From Candidatus Bathyarchaeota archaeon (GTDB lineage Archaea; Thermoproteota; Bathyarchaeia; TCS64), in contig JASFTK010000002.1 in the NCBI GenBank assembly GCA_050053595.1, forward strand, positions 1-44,494: DNA of 44,494 bases, in the 5' to 3' direction. Positions 1-9,555 of the stretch are shown piece after piece. The notes under the pieces are model-generated. The model was not told where the DNA came from and ran no database searches. It saw only the letters and a list, made by a program, of their open reading frames with translations. Position 1 is the first letter of the stretch. Each line of letters begins with the position of its first letter. The translations under genes were made by a program, and so were the position numbers.

Positions 1-354
1 GGCTCAGGTGTATGCATAACGGTTTTCAGCCTGGTCCCGGGCTCGATGCTCCTCCTCGCCGTGGCCTTGATCTTCCTCTTCGCGACGATGAACGCCATCG
101 CCAACGGGACTTTCTTCGCCACCATGCAGGCGTCGATCCCCCCGGGGATGCAGGGGCGGGTGTTCACCCTGCTCATGAGCCTGAGCGCGGGGATGGCGCC
201 CCTAGGCCTCTCTATAGCCGGGCCGGTCGCCGATATCATGGGGGAGAGGATCTGGTTCTTGGTGGGCGGGGTCGCTTTTACTCTCATGGGGGTGGTCGCC
301 TTCTTTATCCCCGCTATAATCTATCTGGAAGATCAGGCCCCCAACTCGCGGTAG
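1..354 (+). CDS. MFS-type transporter, C-terminal fragment (5' end lies outside the window)
   Basis: Frame 1 is open from base 1 to TAG at 352-354. Hydrophobic helices (LLLAVALIFLFATMNAIANG, WFLVGGVAFTLMGVVAFFIPAII) resemble the last TM helices of MFS permeases. The ORF 12-380 in another frame is a GC-rich shadow. Confidence 0.6.
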   Translation, partial: GSGVCITVFSLVPGSMLLLAVALIFLFATMNAIANGTFFATMQASIPPGMQGRVFTLLMSLSAGMAPLGLSIAGPVADIMGERIWFLVGGVAFTLMGVVAFFIPAIIYLEDQAPNSR

Positions 355-409
355 CGGGCACCCTCAGCCCTGCCGGTTGATGGTTTCTCCCCAAGTCGGC
401 CCTGAACCT

Positions 410-418
410 GTTAAATAT
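410..418 (+). promoter_or_regulatory. TATA-like box (GTTAAATAT) upstream of the M81 peptidase gene
   Basis: A/T-rich box in a GC-rich spacer. It lies 34 nt from ATG 448 but only 16 nt from ATG 430, which favours 448 as the start. Confidence 0.4.
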
Positions 419-447
419 CATGGTGTGTTATGGGTAAAAGATCGAAT

Positions 448-1938
448 ATGAGGGTCGCAATAGCGAGGTTCTCCCATGAGACTTGTACCTTCTGCCCGAG
501 GCCTACCACCATCGATCACTTCGAGAGAGGTGGGGTCTACCACGGTGAGGAGGTCATCGAGAGGGCTCGGGGGGTCAAAGGCTACGTCAGAGGGTTCATT
601 GAGACGGCCGAGGAAGAGGGAGCAGAGCTCGTCGGGATACTCGACGCCTCAAGGTCTTGGGGGGGCTCCTCAGGCAGCTGGCTGACTGAGGAGTGCTTTG
701 ACAAGTACGCAGACGGGATAGCCGATGGCCTACGGGAGGTGGGTGATCTTGATGGGGTCTTCTTGAGCCTCCACGGGGCTATGGCCGCGCGGGCTCACCA
801 CAAGCCTGAGGCTGAGGTGGTAAGGAGGGCCCGGAGGGCTGTGGGGCCTGATGTCCCCATCATGGTCACCCTGGATCTACATGCAAACGAGGACCACGAG
901 CTGACAGACGCCGCAGACGCGGTCTTCATCATCAAGACTTACCCCCACATAGACAAGGAGGACGCCGGGATGACGGCCGCCCGCTGGATGGTCGAGACCA
1001 TCAGGGGTGAGAGGAACCCCACAATGGCCATCAAGAAGCCAGGGGTTATCTCCCCCAGCGTCTTCCAAGGCACCGGGATCCACCCCGGGAAGACCATCAT
1101 GGACAGGTGCCGGGAGTGGGAGGAGAAGCACGACTGCTATGTCTCGGTCGCCTTCGGCTTCGCCTACGCCGATGTCCCGGACGGGGGTGCCGCCGTCATC
1201 GCGGTCACCAACGACGACCAGCTCCTCGCTGAGGAGATAGCTCAGGACATCTCAGACCTCGTCTGGGAGCTCAGGGAGCCCCTTGCGAACCGCGATGTAC
1301 CCAACTCCAGGGACGGGGTCCTCAGGGCTAATCAGTTGGCCCGTATGGGGAACACCCCTATCGTTCTGGCTGATCACTCTGACCGCCTGGGGGACAGCAC
1401 CCACATCCTCAAGGAGCTGCTGCTCCAGAGGGTTGAGAACTTCGGGGTCTCCTCCATTGCCGACCCCTTTGCGGTCGAGAGGCTGATGGAGGACCACGAG
1501 GTGGGGGAAGAGGTGGAGCTCACCTTCGGGGCATACACGTCCACGGTGTACGCAGGGGAGCCCGTCAGGGTGGAGGGGACCATCGTGTTCCTGGGCGACG
1601 GGAACTACCGCCTCACAGGCCCCAAGGACACCGGCCGCCTCACCAACGTCGGCCTGACCGCGGCCCTCGACCTCGGCAGGGAAAGGTATGTGGTCATCAC
1701 CTCGACCCTACACCAGTGCCAAGACTCTGAGGGCTTCAAACACTACGGAATCCCCTTCGAGGAGCTTGACATACTGGTCATCAAGTCAAGGGTCCACTTC
1801 AGGGCCTTCTACGAGGGCTACGCCAAGGAGATCATCGAGATCGACGCCCCGGGATACGGCCCCGCAGACCTAACCCAGCTCACCTACGAGAACGAGCCCC
1901 CAGGCCTGTACCCCATCGACCCCAAGTGGCGGAGCTGA
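448..1938 (+). CDS. M81 family metallopeptidase (MlrC / microcystinase-C-like)
   Basis: The N-terminus [17 protein letters not shown] matches the characteristic MlrC N-terminal signature (MRIAI.GF.HETNTF). Length is about 500 aa. The track ORF starts at 430; I prefer ATG 448 because of the TATA position. Confidence 0.8.
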   Translation: MRVAIARFSHETCTFCPRPTTIDHFERGGVYHGEEVIERARGVKGYVRGFIETAEEEGAELVGILDASRSWGGSSGSWLTEECFDKYADGIADGLREVGDLDGVFLSLHGAMAARAHHKPEAEVVRRARRAVGPDVPIMVTLDLHANEDHELTDAADAVFIIKTYPHIDKEDAGMTAARWMVETIRGERNPTMAIKKPGVISPSVFQGTGIHPGKTIMDRCREWEEKHDCYVSVAFGFAYADVPDGGAAVIAVTNDDQLLAEEIAQDISDLVWELREPLANRDVPNSRDGVLRANQLARMGNTPIVLADHSDRLGDSTHILKELLLQRVENFGVSSIADPFAVERLMEDHEVGEEVELTFGAYTSTVYAGEPVRVEGTIVFLGDGNYRLTGPKDTGRLTNVGLTAALDLGRERYVVITSTLHQCQDSEGFKHYGIPFEELDILVIKSRVHFRAFYEGYAKEIIEIDAPGYGPADLTQLTYENEPPGLYPIDPKWRS

Positions 1939-1964
1939 CCCCTCCCCCGACCACCTTTCTTTGG

Positions 1965-1976
1965 CTATAGATATAT
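1965..1976 (+). promoter_or_regulatory. TATA-like box (CTATAGATATAT) upstream of the D-aminoacylase gene
   Basis: About 29 nt upstream of ATG 2000, consistent with a leaderless or short-leader transcript. It lies inside the track's TTG-1961 extension, which argues against that start. Confidence 0.35.
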
Positions 1977-1999
1977 CCCCCCGACGCGTATCTTCATTG

Positions 2000-3631
2000 A
2001 TGCATATGTATGACCTGGTCATCAAGGGCGGGAAGGTCTATACTGGGGCCGGGAATCCCTGGTTCAAGGCCGATGTCGCTGTGAAAGATGGACGTATAGC
2101 CGAGATAGGGTCGGTCAAAGAGGCATCCGAGGATGTTATCGACGCCACAGGGCGGGTGGTCTCCCCGGGGTTCATAGACCTCCACGACCACTCAGACTAT
2201 TCTCTCCTCGTGGAGAGGCGGGCCATCAATAAGGTGAGGCAGGGGGTCTCGACCCTTGTCTTCCCCAGCTGCGGGGGTGGGGCTGCCCCATTGAACGAGG
2301 AGATGAGGGATGAGCTCCTCCGCAGGAGCCCCTGGCTCAAGGAGGCCGGGGTCGAGGTTGACTGGACAACTGTCGACGGTTACCTCAAGCGTCTCGAGGA
2401 GGGGGTCTCCGTGAACGTCGCGCCGTTGGTGGGTTTCGGGACCGTACGCCGCTACGTCATGGGGATGGAGATGAGGGACCCCACCCCGGGGGAGATGGAG
2501 GCGATGAAGACCGAGATCAAGAAGGCGATGGAGGCCGGCTGCCTCGGCCTCACCACCGGCCTCCGATACGACCCCCAGAGCTATGCGACAACCGAGGATG
2601 TGATAGAGCTCTCCAAGGTCGCAGCCAAGTACGGCGGCTTCTACACCAGCCATCTCCGGGACGAGGGCGACCGGGGTGACCCCGTCTCAGCTATAGAGGA
2701 GATCATCCGGATAGGCCGGGAGGCGGGGATCCCGGTCAACATCTCCCACTTCAAGATCCTCGCCAAGCGCTTCTGGCACGAGGGGCCGAGACTGGTCGAG
2801 ATGATAGAGGCCGCGAGGAAGGAGGGCATCGATGTCACAGCCGACCAGTACCCCTACAGGGCCAGTGGCACAGGCCCCAGGGCCTGGATCCCCAAGTGGG
2901 CCAACGAAGGGGGTCTAGAGGCTCTGGCGAAGAGGCTTGTTGACCCTGAGGTGGCCCCCAAGGTCCAAGAGGGGCTCGTGGTCTCGATGGAAGAGAGGGG
3001 TGGACCGGGGGCGGCGCTGATCTCGACCTACCCGCTGGATCCCTCCCTGGTTGGGAAGACCATCGCGGAGGTCGCAGAGGAGAGGGGGGAGCCGGCTGAG
3101 GAGGTGATATTCGACCTCTTCAAGGAGCACACCGTCAAACTGGCCTCCGGGGAGCTGGAGGGGGGCTTCGGATTCGTCAACTTCAACCAGAGCCCTGAGA
3201 ACGTCGACCTCTTCATGAAGAACCCCTGGGTCGCTGTGGGCTCCGACGGCTCAGTCCACGCCCCGGACAGCGTCCTCTCCAAACACATAACAGCACCACA
3301 CCCCAGGTACTACGGCACCTTCCCCAGGGTCCTAGGCCGATTCGTCCGTGAGAGGGGGGTCATCTCGCTCCACGAGGCGGTCCGCAAGATGACCAGCCTC
3401 CCCGCCCGGGTGTTAGGGTTGCACGATAGGGGGCTCATCGCACCGGGGCTGTGGGCCGACCTGACGGTCTTCGACCCTGAGACGGTCTTAGATGGGAACG
3501 ATTTCACCCCCGCTGAGGCCACTATGAGGTTCCCCCTAGGTATCGATCACCTTGTGGTGAACGGTGTGGTGACGGTGAGGGATGGCGAGCACACAGGCGC
3601 CATGGCCGGGAAGGTCCTGAGGCGCCTCTAA
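2000..3631 (+). CDS. N-acyl-D-amino-acid deacylase (D-aminoacylase), amidohydrolase superfamily
   Basis: [14 protein letters not shown]...[13 protein letters not shown]...[16 protein letters not shown] is the typical N-terminal beta-sandwich plus metal-binding motif. The C-terminal ADLTVFDP...V..V.VNG is also typical. Length is about 540 aa. Confidence 0.8.
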   Translation: MHMYDLVIKGGKVYTGAGNPWFKADVAVKDGRIAEIGSVKEASEDVIDATGRVVSPGFIDLHDHSDYSLLVERRAINKVRQGVSTLVFPSCGGGAAPLNEEMRDELLRRSPWLKEAGVEVDWTTVDGYLKRLEEGVSVNVAPLVGFGTVRRYVMGMEMRDPTPGEMEAMKTEIKKAMEAGCLGLTTGLRYDPQSYATTEDVIELSKVAAKYGGFYTSHLRDEGDRGDPVSAIEEIIRIGREAGIPVNISHFKILAKRFWHEGPRLVEMIEAARKEGIDVTADQYPYRASGTGPRAWIPKWANEGGLEALAKRLVDPEVAPKVQEGLVVSMEERGGPGAALISTYPLDPSLVGKTIAEVAEERGEPAEEVIFDLFKEHTVKLASGELEGGFGFVNFNQSPENVDLFMKNPWVAVGSDGSVHAPDSVLSKHITAPHPRYYGTFPRVLGRFVRERGVISLHEAVRKMTSLPARVLGLHDRGLIAPGLWADLTVFDPETVLDGNDFTPAEATMRFPLGIDHLVVNGVVTVRDGEHTGAMAGKVLRRL

Positions 3632-3633
3632 CC

Positions 3634-3639
3634 TTTTTT
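3634..3639 (+). terminator. oligo-T tract (T6) just after the D-aminoacylase stop
   Basis: CCTTTTTTC lies 3 nt after TAA 3629-3631. Archaeal termination commonly uses oligo-T. Confidence 0.35.
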
Positions 3640-3648
3640 CTCGGATCA

Positions 3649-3655
3649 GTTAAAT
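3649..3655 (+). promoter_or_regulatory. TATA-like box (GTTAAAT) upstream of the creatininase-family gene
   Basis: Same heptamer as at 410 and 38418. It lies 40 nt upstream of TTG 3689. Confidence 0.4.
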
Positions 3656-3688
3656 CCAGAGACCCCTATCTCATTCCGGTGTGAATCC

Positions 3689-4534
3689 TTGTCTGAGAAC
3701 GGTAGACTATCCAAGTTCTGGCTCCAGGAGCTCACGAGACCGGCCTTCGAGGACTGGCTGGAGAATGAGCCCGCTCCGGTGGTGGTCCTCGGCGTCGGCT
3801 CCATAGAGCAGCATGGCCCCCACCTCCCCTTGGGGATGGACACCCTCGGGGCCCGTCACTTCATCCACGAGGTCGCGCGGAGGACCAACAGCGTCTGTTT
3901 CCATCCCTGCTGGCCGGGGTACAGCCCCCACCACATGGGCTTCCCGGGTACAGTGACCTTCAGTGAGGAGACCCTCCTATCGGTGCTCATGGACACTATC
4001 GGAAGCCTCTCAGAGCACGGCGTCAAGCGGTTCGTGATGTCCAACCACCACGGCGGGAACAGGGAGATATTCACCCTCACAGCCCGCCTCGCCAAGCACT
4101 ACTACAACGTCATGGTGGCTCAACCCTCAGGCCCCAGCGACACAGAGCTCGCAAAACTGATCGATGAGAGGGGGAAGAGACACTGGGACGTCCACTCAGG
4201 GCCGACAGAGACCAGTGGCGCCCTCGCCCTTTTCCCCGAGCTGGTGGAGATGTGGAGATTGGAGGACTGGGAGCCGACCCTTGAGATGGACCCAAGGCTT
4301 TTCGAGTTCATGGACCCTAAACGGGAGGACTATGAGCTGGTGAGCCAGGTCCGCGGCGCCTGTATGCCCCCCGTGAACATCGACTTCACTACCAGCGGCG
4401 TCTACGGCACCAACGACCCCCGGACCGCCGACCCCGAGGAGTACAGGGAGCGCTTCGAGGAACGGGTCGGCTTCTTCACAGAGTTCATCAGAACATGGAA
4501 GGAGATACCCCTCCACGAGGCCTTCAAGGACTGA
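3689..4534 (+). CDS. creatininase-family amidohydrolase (creatinine amidohydrolase / ArfB / MftE fold)
   Basis: VVLGVGSIEQHGPHLPLGMDT is the family's metal-binding signature. It has a TTG start. Specific substrate is unknown. Confidence 0.7.
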   Translation: MSENGRLSKFWLQELTRPAFEDWLENEPAPVVVLGVGSIEQHGPHLPLGMDTLGARHFIHEVARRTNSVCFHPCWPGYSPHHMGFPGTVTFSEETLLSVLMDTIGSLSEHGVKRFVMSNHHGGNREIFTLTARLAKHYYNVMVAQPSGPSDTELAKLIDERGKRHWDVHSGPTETSGALALFPELVEMWRLEDWEPTLEMDPRLFEFMDPKREDYELVSQVRGACMPPVNIDFTTSGVYGTNDPRTADPEEYRERFEERVGFFTEFIRTWKEIPLHEAFKD

Positions 4535-4548
4535 CCCCCCAACCCCCC

Positions 4549-4554
4549 TTTTTT
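4549..4554 (+). terminator. oligo-T tract (T6) after the creatininase-family gene
   Basis: CCCCCCTTTTTTAAA lies 15 nt after TGA 4532-4534. Confidence 0.35.
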
Positions 4555-4578
4555 AAACCAGAATTCCCCTTCCCCTAG

Positions 4579-4586
4579 TTTTTATT
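4579..4586 (+). promoter_or_regulatory. TATA-like box (TTTTTATT) upstream of the DUF362 gene
   Basis: Its centre is about 27 nt upstream of ATG 4610, which predicts a leaderless mRNA. Confidence 0.4.
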
Positions 4587-4609
4587 CCACCACCCTAGAT
4601 GTCTGATCC

Positions 4610-5698
4610 ATGAAGCCCCAGGTCGCCATCGTCAGGGCTGAAGGCAGCCTTGAGGACGCCGTCCGCGAGGCCGTCAGCCTTCTGGGGGGCATCGGGGACT
4701 TCGCGAGGCCCGGCGAAACTATTCTGGTCAAGCCTAATCTTTTCACCACGATATCCGCTGAGAAGGGCGCCACCACAGATCTCCGGATCTTCATGGCTCT
4801 GACCAGGATGCTCCAAGAAGCGGGTGCGGAGCCTGTGGTGGGGGAGTGCCCGGCCACCAGTTCTTATGCCCGCCCCGACATTGTCTTCGATGGCTTAGGG
4901 GTCCGGGAGGTCTGTCGCGAGGCTGGGGTGGAGATCAACGTCTTGGACCGGGAGGAGCCGGTGAGGGTGGAGAGCCAGGGGGCCGAGGTCCAGGGGGAGT
5001 TCTGGTTCCCCCGGTTCGCCCTGGAGTGCGACGGCATCTTCAACGTCCCCAAGCTCAAGACCCACACCCTCACCAAGATGACCTGCGCCGTCAAGAACCT
5101 CTTCGGCCTCCAGCAAGGCGGGACCAAGGCCAACCATCACGTCCAGACCGGTAACGACCCCGAGAGCTTCAGCCACCTCCTGGTCGACCTCTACGCCTGC
5201 ATCCGAGACCAGGTCACCCTCAACGTCGTCGATGCCGTCGTCGCGATGGAGGGGGAGGGCCCCACCACGGGGGATCCCGTTGACCTGGGGCTGGTGATAG
5301 CGGGGGATGACGCTGTGGCCGTCGACCTGGTCGCTGCGGCGGTGATGGGATGGGATCCCTTGGAGGTGGGGACCAGTTTCCTGGCCGTTGAGCGTGGGCT
5401 TGGCCCTAAATCCCTTGAGGGTATCGAGGTAGTTGGAGAGCAGATCCCCAAGGTAGCCCGGGGTTTACGGAGGCCTCAGACCCACTCTGACGGCCAGATG
5501 TTCATTGACGCCCGCATGCCCCTCGTCTGTGACCCTGAGAGATGCACCGCCTGCGGCATCTGCGCTGAGGTCTGCCCAGCAGACGCCATCGAGATGCGGG
5601 GGACCCCGGATTTCGACGACACTATCTGTATCCAGTGCTTCTGCTGCATCGAGCTCTGCCCCAACAAGGCTCTCAGCGTCGTCAGGGAGGACCGATGA
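4610..5698 (+). CDS. DUF362 domain protein with C-terminal 2x[4Fe-4S] ferredoxin domain
   Basis: The N-terminus (VAIVRAEG...ILVKPNL) is DUF362-like. The C-terminus carries two ferredoxin motifs, CTACGICAEVCP and CIQCFCCIELCP. Confidence 0.75.
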   Translation: MKPQVAIVRAEGSLEDAVREAVSLLGGIGDFARPGETILVKPNLFTTISAEKGATTDLRIFMALTRMLQEAGAEPVVGECPATSSYARPDIVFDGLGVREVCREAGVEINVLDREEPVRVESQGAEVQGEFWFPRFALECDGIFNVPKLKTHTLTKMTCAVKNLFGLQQGGTKANHHVQTGNDPESFSHLLVDLYACIRDQVTLNVVDAVVAMEGEGPTTGDPVDLGLVIAGDDAVAVDLVAAAVMGWDPLEVGTSFLAVERGLGPKSLEGIEVVGEQIPKVARGLRRPQTHSDGQMFIDARMPLVCDPERCTACGICAEVCPADAIEMRGTPDFDDTICIQCFCCIELCPNKALSVVREDR

Positions 5699-6168
5699 TA
5701 AGCCTTTCAAGGCTCGCAGACTACCTACGGCTTAAGATGTCAGGCGGATGCGTCTTCTGCAGGATCGTGGCCGGAGAGACACCCGCTCACAAAGTCTACG
5801 AGGACGAGAAGGTCTTGGCTTTCCTTGACATCCACCCTTCAGCCCCAGGTCACACCCTCATAATCCCTAAGGCCCACGTCGCTAGGGTCGAAGCCCTCAC
5901 CGAGGAAGACGCCGGAGCCCTATTCTCCGCCCTCCACCGCCTCACAGGCGTGATCCAGGACGCCGTGGGGTCCTCAGCAACCACCATCGGGATAAACAAC
6001 GGCAGGGAGAGCGGTCAGGAGGTCCCCCATGTCCACATCCACGTCATCCCCAGATCCAGGGGAGACCGTGGAGGCATCATCCAAGGGATTGCCCGGCCGA
6101 GGGGCCATCTCTCCCGAGAGGATTTCCCCGCGATCGCTGAGAAAATTAAGGGCTTGATATCCGGCTAG
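5695..6168 (+). CDS. HIT family (histidine triad) nucleotide hydrolase/transferase
   Basis: CVFCRIV...KVYEDE..LAFLDI.P...GHTLIIPK plus the histidine triad HVHIHVIP. ATG 5695 overlaps the upstream TGA (ATGA). ATG 5737 is an alternative start. Confidence 0.8.
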   Translation: MISLSRLADYLRLKMSGGCVFCRIVAGETPAHKVYEDEKVLAFLDIHPSAPGHTLIIPKAHVARVEALTEEDAGALFSALHRLTGVIQDAVGSSATTIGINNGRESGQEVPHVHIHVIPRSRGDRGGIIQGIARPRGHLSREDFPAIAEKIKGLISG

Positions 6169-6183
6169 GCACTACCATGCCCC

Positions 6184-7869
6184 TCATAGCTCGTATGGCC
6201 AAGCGTCAAGGCTCCCGTCCAGGAACTTGACGTCGGTGAACCCGTTCTCGTTCAGGTATCTTTGGATCTCGTAGGCTCGCACGCTGGTCTTGCAGAAGGC
6301 TATGATCTCCCTGTCTCTCGGTAGTTCATGGACCCTGGTCCTGGCCTCGTCGAGAGGGATGTGGACCACCCGGGGGTCTCCGAAGGGTCGTTCCTCAACC
6401 TCCTCATGGGATCTTACATCCAGCAGGACGAAATCCCCGCCGCCGTCGATCTTCTCCTTCAATTCCGGGGACGGGATGCCGCAGGCAAGGCCCCCAATCT
6501 TGTTCCTGATGATGTTTGCAGCATGGGCCACAGGGTCGATGGCCGTCGAGAAGGGGGGCGCGTAGCTCAAGTCGAGGTCCGCGAGGTCCTTGACAGAGCC
6601 ACCGAACTTGAGGACCGAGGCGACTACGTCTATCCTCTTTATCCCCTCTCCCTGGCCGATGACTTGGGCTCCGAGGATCTTCGAGGTCTCCCTGTCCGCC
6701 AAGAGTTTGATGATGATGGGCTGTGTCCCTGGATAGTAGTGGGCGCTTTCCCTCTTTGGGACCACGGCGGTGACTATGTCGTAACCCTGTTTCCTCGCTT
6801 CCTCTGAGTTCAGTCCGGTCGTCCCCACGTTGTAGTTGAGAACTTTGAAGGCTGTGGACATGGTTATCCCGGGGAACTGTGTCCTACCATCTGTGATGTT
6901 GTCCCCGATGACCCTGCCGTGCTTGTTGGCGGTGGAGCCCAGGGGGATGTAGACCTTCCTGCCGGTGATCATACAGATGTTCTCGACGCAGTCCCCTCCT
7001 GCGTAGATGTCAGGGTCGCTGGTCTGGAGGAACTCGTTGACCTTTACCGCCCCCGTCTCACCGATCTCTAGCCCCGCTTCCCTGGCGAGGTCAACATTCG
7101 GCCTCACCCCTATGGCGACGACCACTATCTCCGCGTCAACCCTCTCACCTCCCGCGGTCACCACGCCCGCGACACGACCGGAACCATCTTCCACCAATCT
7201 CTCCGCTCTGCTCCCTTTGAGGATCCTTACACCCCTCTTTTTCAGATGATTCTCTAGGAGGAGCGCCATGTCCTCGTCGAGCAGAGCGGGCACCAGACGG
7301 TCCATCATCTCGACTACGGTGACCTCGCAACCCCGGGCGGCGAAGGCTCCGCAGACCTCCATGCCGATGAGACCTCCCCCGATGATGGCCACCTTCTCTA
7401 CACCGGATTCCAACTCCTCCCGGATGTCCCGGGCGTCCAGGGGATCATATAGCCTGTGCACCCCTTCAAAGTCGATGCCCTCCATCCGGGGCACCATGGG
7501 GATGGCTCCGGTGGCCAGGACGAGTTTGTCGTATGGGATGTCGTAGCGGCGATCCGTGGCGAGTTCCTTGACCGTCACGGTCTTCGAATCCCTGTTGATC
7601 CCTATGGCTTCCGTTGAGCATAGGACATCGAAATCCTTCACACTCTTGAAGTAATCCACATCCCTGAGGAGACCCCTGGCCGTGCACAGGAGCTCGGGGA
7701 GCGCTTCGATGACCCCCTCAATATAGAACGGCATACCGCAGCCGGCGTAAGAGAGGAGGCTCCCCCTCTCAATGACTGTGATCTCGGCGTCTGGGTCCCT
7801 CCTGCGCGCCCTCGCGGCCGACTTAGGGCCAGTCGCAACGCCGCCAATTATCAGTATCCTCCTTGCCAT
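6184..7869 (-). CDS. CoA-disulfide reductase / NADH oxidase-type flavoprotein fused to a C-terminal rhodanese domain
   Basis: FAD fold ILIIGGVATG, redox cysteine in SYAGCGMPFY, second dinucleotide fold VAIIGGGLIGME. The C-terminal rhodanese loop is FCKTSVRA (CX5R). Confidence 0.8.
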   Translation of the reverse strand: MARRILIIGGVATGPKSAARARRRDPDAEITVIERGSLLSYAGCGMPFYIEGVIEALPELLCTARGLLRDVDYFKSVKDFDVLCSTEAIGINRDSKTVTVKELATDRRYDIPYDKLVLATGAIPMVPRMEGIDFEGVHRLYDPLDARDIREELESGVEKVAIIGGGLIGMEVCGAFAARGCEVTVVEMMDRLVPALLDEDMALLLENHLKKRGVRILKGSRAERLVEDGSGRVAGVVTAGGERVDAEIVVVAIGVRPNVDLAREAGLEIGETGAVKVNEFLQTSDPDIYAGGDCVENICMITGRKVYIPLGSTANKHGRVIGDNITDGRTQFPGITMSTAFKVLNYNVGTTGLNSEEARKQGYDIVTAVVPKRESAHYYPGTQPIIIKLLADRETSKILGAQVIGQGEGIKRIDVVASVLKFGGSVKDLADLDLSYAPPFSTAIDPVAHAANIIRNKIGGLACGIPSPELKEKIDGGGDFVLLDVRSHEEVEERPFGDPRVVHIPLDEARTRVHELPRDREIIAFCKTSVRAYEIQRYLNENGFTDVKFLDGSLDAWPYEL

Positions 7870-7964
7870 AATGTAAGCCTCAGAGAATGTTCCATGGCCT
7901 CATATTTACGTGGCTCGTTCCGATACTTTCTAAAACGGGTAGTAATCCTCTGTATACGCTTGAG

Positions 7965-9044
7965 ATGTCGGTCCTCTTCAAACCATATAATATCGGCTGC
8001 ATGGATATCCGGAACCGCTTCATGAGGTCCGCCACCACCTCGGCCTGGTCAGACGAGCGCGGGGTGGTCAGCCCAGAGATCATACAGCTCTACGGGGAGC
8101 TTGCTGAAGGGGGTGTCGGCCTCATCGTCAAGGGCCACCTCTACGTCGATGACGCCGGGAAGGCCCACACTGGGATGGCTGGGATCAGCCACGACTACCA
8201 CATACCCATGCTCAAGGAGCTCACCTCAGAGGTCCACGAGCGCGGGGGGAAGATCGCCGCCCAGCTCAACCACGCAGGTTATAAGAGCGTCGTCGACCGG
8301 GCTGGGCCTTCGGAGTACCGGGAGGAGGGTTGGGAGGCCCGGGCTCTCACCGCTGAAGAGATCCACGGTATCGTCGATGCCTTCGGGGACGCGGCTGGGA
8401 GGGCGATGGAGGCAGGCTTCGACGCGGTGATGATCCATGGAGCCCACGGGTATCTCGTCTCCCAGTTCCTCTCAAGGCTCGCGAACAGGAGAGATGATAC
8501 CTACGGTGGCAGCCTCGGGGACAGGATGCGGCTCCTTGAGGAGGTCTACGACGAGATCCGTGCCAGGGTTGGTGGTTGCACACCCATCCTCATCAAGATC
8601 AACTGCGATGACTTCAGTTCTCATGGCTTCACCGTCAAGGACAGCATCAGGGTCACCAAGGCGATAGCAGAGCGGGGTATCGACCTCATCGAGATCAGCG
8701 GCGGGGGTATCGGCCAGCAGATGGAGTTCAGGAGGACCCGGGCCCGGTCCGGAGACCCCGCCCTCTCAGAGGCCCCCTTCGCGGGCCACGCCATCAAGAT
8801 AAGGGAGGCCACCAGACCCACCCCCATGGCCTTGGTCAACGGCATAAGGACCCTGAGGTGTATGGAGGCCATCGTCGAGAATGATATAGCGGACCTTGTC
8901 TCCATGAGCCGCCCCTTCATCATGGAGCCCGACCTGGTCAGGAGGCTGGAGGCTGGGCAGGCGGGGGCTACCTGTAACTCCTGCGACCTCTGTCATTCCC
9001 GGGACAACTTTGGGAAGAGGATGCTCGCCTGCCACCGGGAGTGA
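7965..9044 (+). CDS. NADH:flavin oxidoreductase, Old Yellow Enzyme family, with C-terminal Cys cluster
   Basis: LFKPYNIG...RNRFMRSA and HGAHGYLVSQFLS are OYE signatures. The C-terminal CNSCDLCH...C resembles the Fe-S motif of 2,4-dienoyl-CoA-reductase-type enzymes. I prefer ATG 7965 over the track start 7887. Confidence 0.8.
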   Translation: MSVLFKPYNIGCMDIRNRFMRSATTSAWSDERGVVSPEIIQLYGELAEGGVGLIVKGHLYVDDAGKAHTGMAGISHDYHIPMLKELTSEVHERGGKIAAQLNHAGYKSVVDRAGPSEYREEGWEARALTAEEIHGIVDAFGDAAGRAMEAGFDAVMIHGAHGYLVSQFLSRLANRRDDTYGGSLGDRMRLLEEVYDEIRARVGGCTPILIKINCDDFSSHGFTVKDSIRVTKAIAERGIDLIEISGGGIGQQMEFRRTRARSGDPALSEAPFAGHAIKIREATRPTPMALVNGIRTLRCMEAIVENDIADLVSMSRPFIMEPDLVRRLEAGQAGATCNSCDLCHSRDNFGKRMLACHRE

Positions 9045-9065
9045 CCTCAACCCCAGAATCTGAAC

Positions 9066-9075
9066 TTTTATTTTT
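9066..9075 (+). promoter_or_regulatory. T/A-rich box (TTTTATTTTT): possible terminator of the OYE gene and/or TATA box for mscL
   Basis: It lies 22 nt after the OYE stop and about 33 nt upstream of ATG 9104. Confidence 0.3.
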
Positions 9076-9103
9076 CCCCCAATCCTCATAATTACGAGCG
9101 TTC

Positions 9104-9493
9104 ATGGTAGATGATGAGATACAGGAACGTATGCTTGAGGAACTCACCAAGATCAGGGCCGCTGTCGAGGAGAAGCCCTCGCCTCCTCCTCCGCCCCCTG
9201 AGGGGTTCTTCGGGGAGTTCATCCGGTTCCTGAACAAACATGACATAATGGGCCTCGCCCTCGCCGTGGTGATCGGCGGTGCGGTGAGTAAACTGGTCTC
9301 GGCTTTGGTGGTCTCCATACTGATGCCCAGCATAACTTTCTTCATCCCTGAGGGGGAGTGGCAAACCTACGCCCTGACTATCGGCAGAGTCGAACTGAGC
9401 CTCGGTCACTTTGCGGGCGCAGTCCTTGACTTCCTGATCATCTTCCTGCTGGTCTTCCTGTTCATGCGGCAACTCGACAAACTCAAGAAGTGA
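9104..9493 (+). CDS. mscL: large-conductance mechanosensitive channel MscL with N-terminal extension
   Basis: FGEFIRFLNKHDIMGLALAVVIGGAVSKLVSALVVSILMP matches the MscL TM1 core (F..F..K.NV.DLAVGVIIG..F..IV.SLV.DIIMP). A second TM helix follows. Confidence 0.7.
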   Translation: MVDDEIQERMLEELTKIRAAVEEKPSPPPPPPEGFFGEFIRFLNKHDIMGLALAVVIGGAVSKLVSALVVSILMPSITFFIPEGEWQTYALTIGRVELSLGHFAGAVLDFLIIFLLVFLFMRQLDKLKK

Positions 9494-9555
9494 GGGGGCC
9501 CGGGGATGACCGCGATTTATTTCAACCCCCAGCGTCGATAGGATCCTGAGATCAC

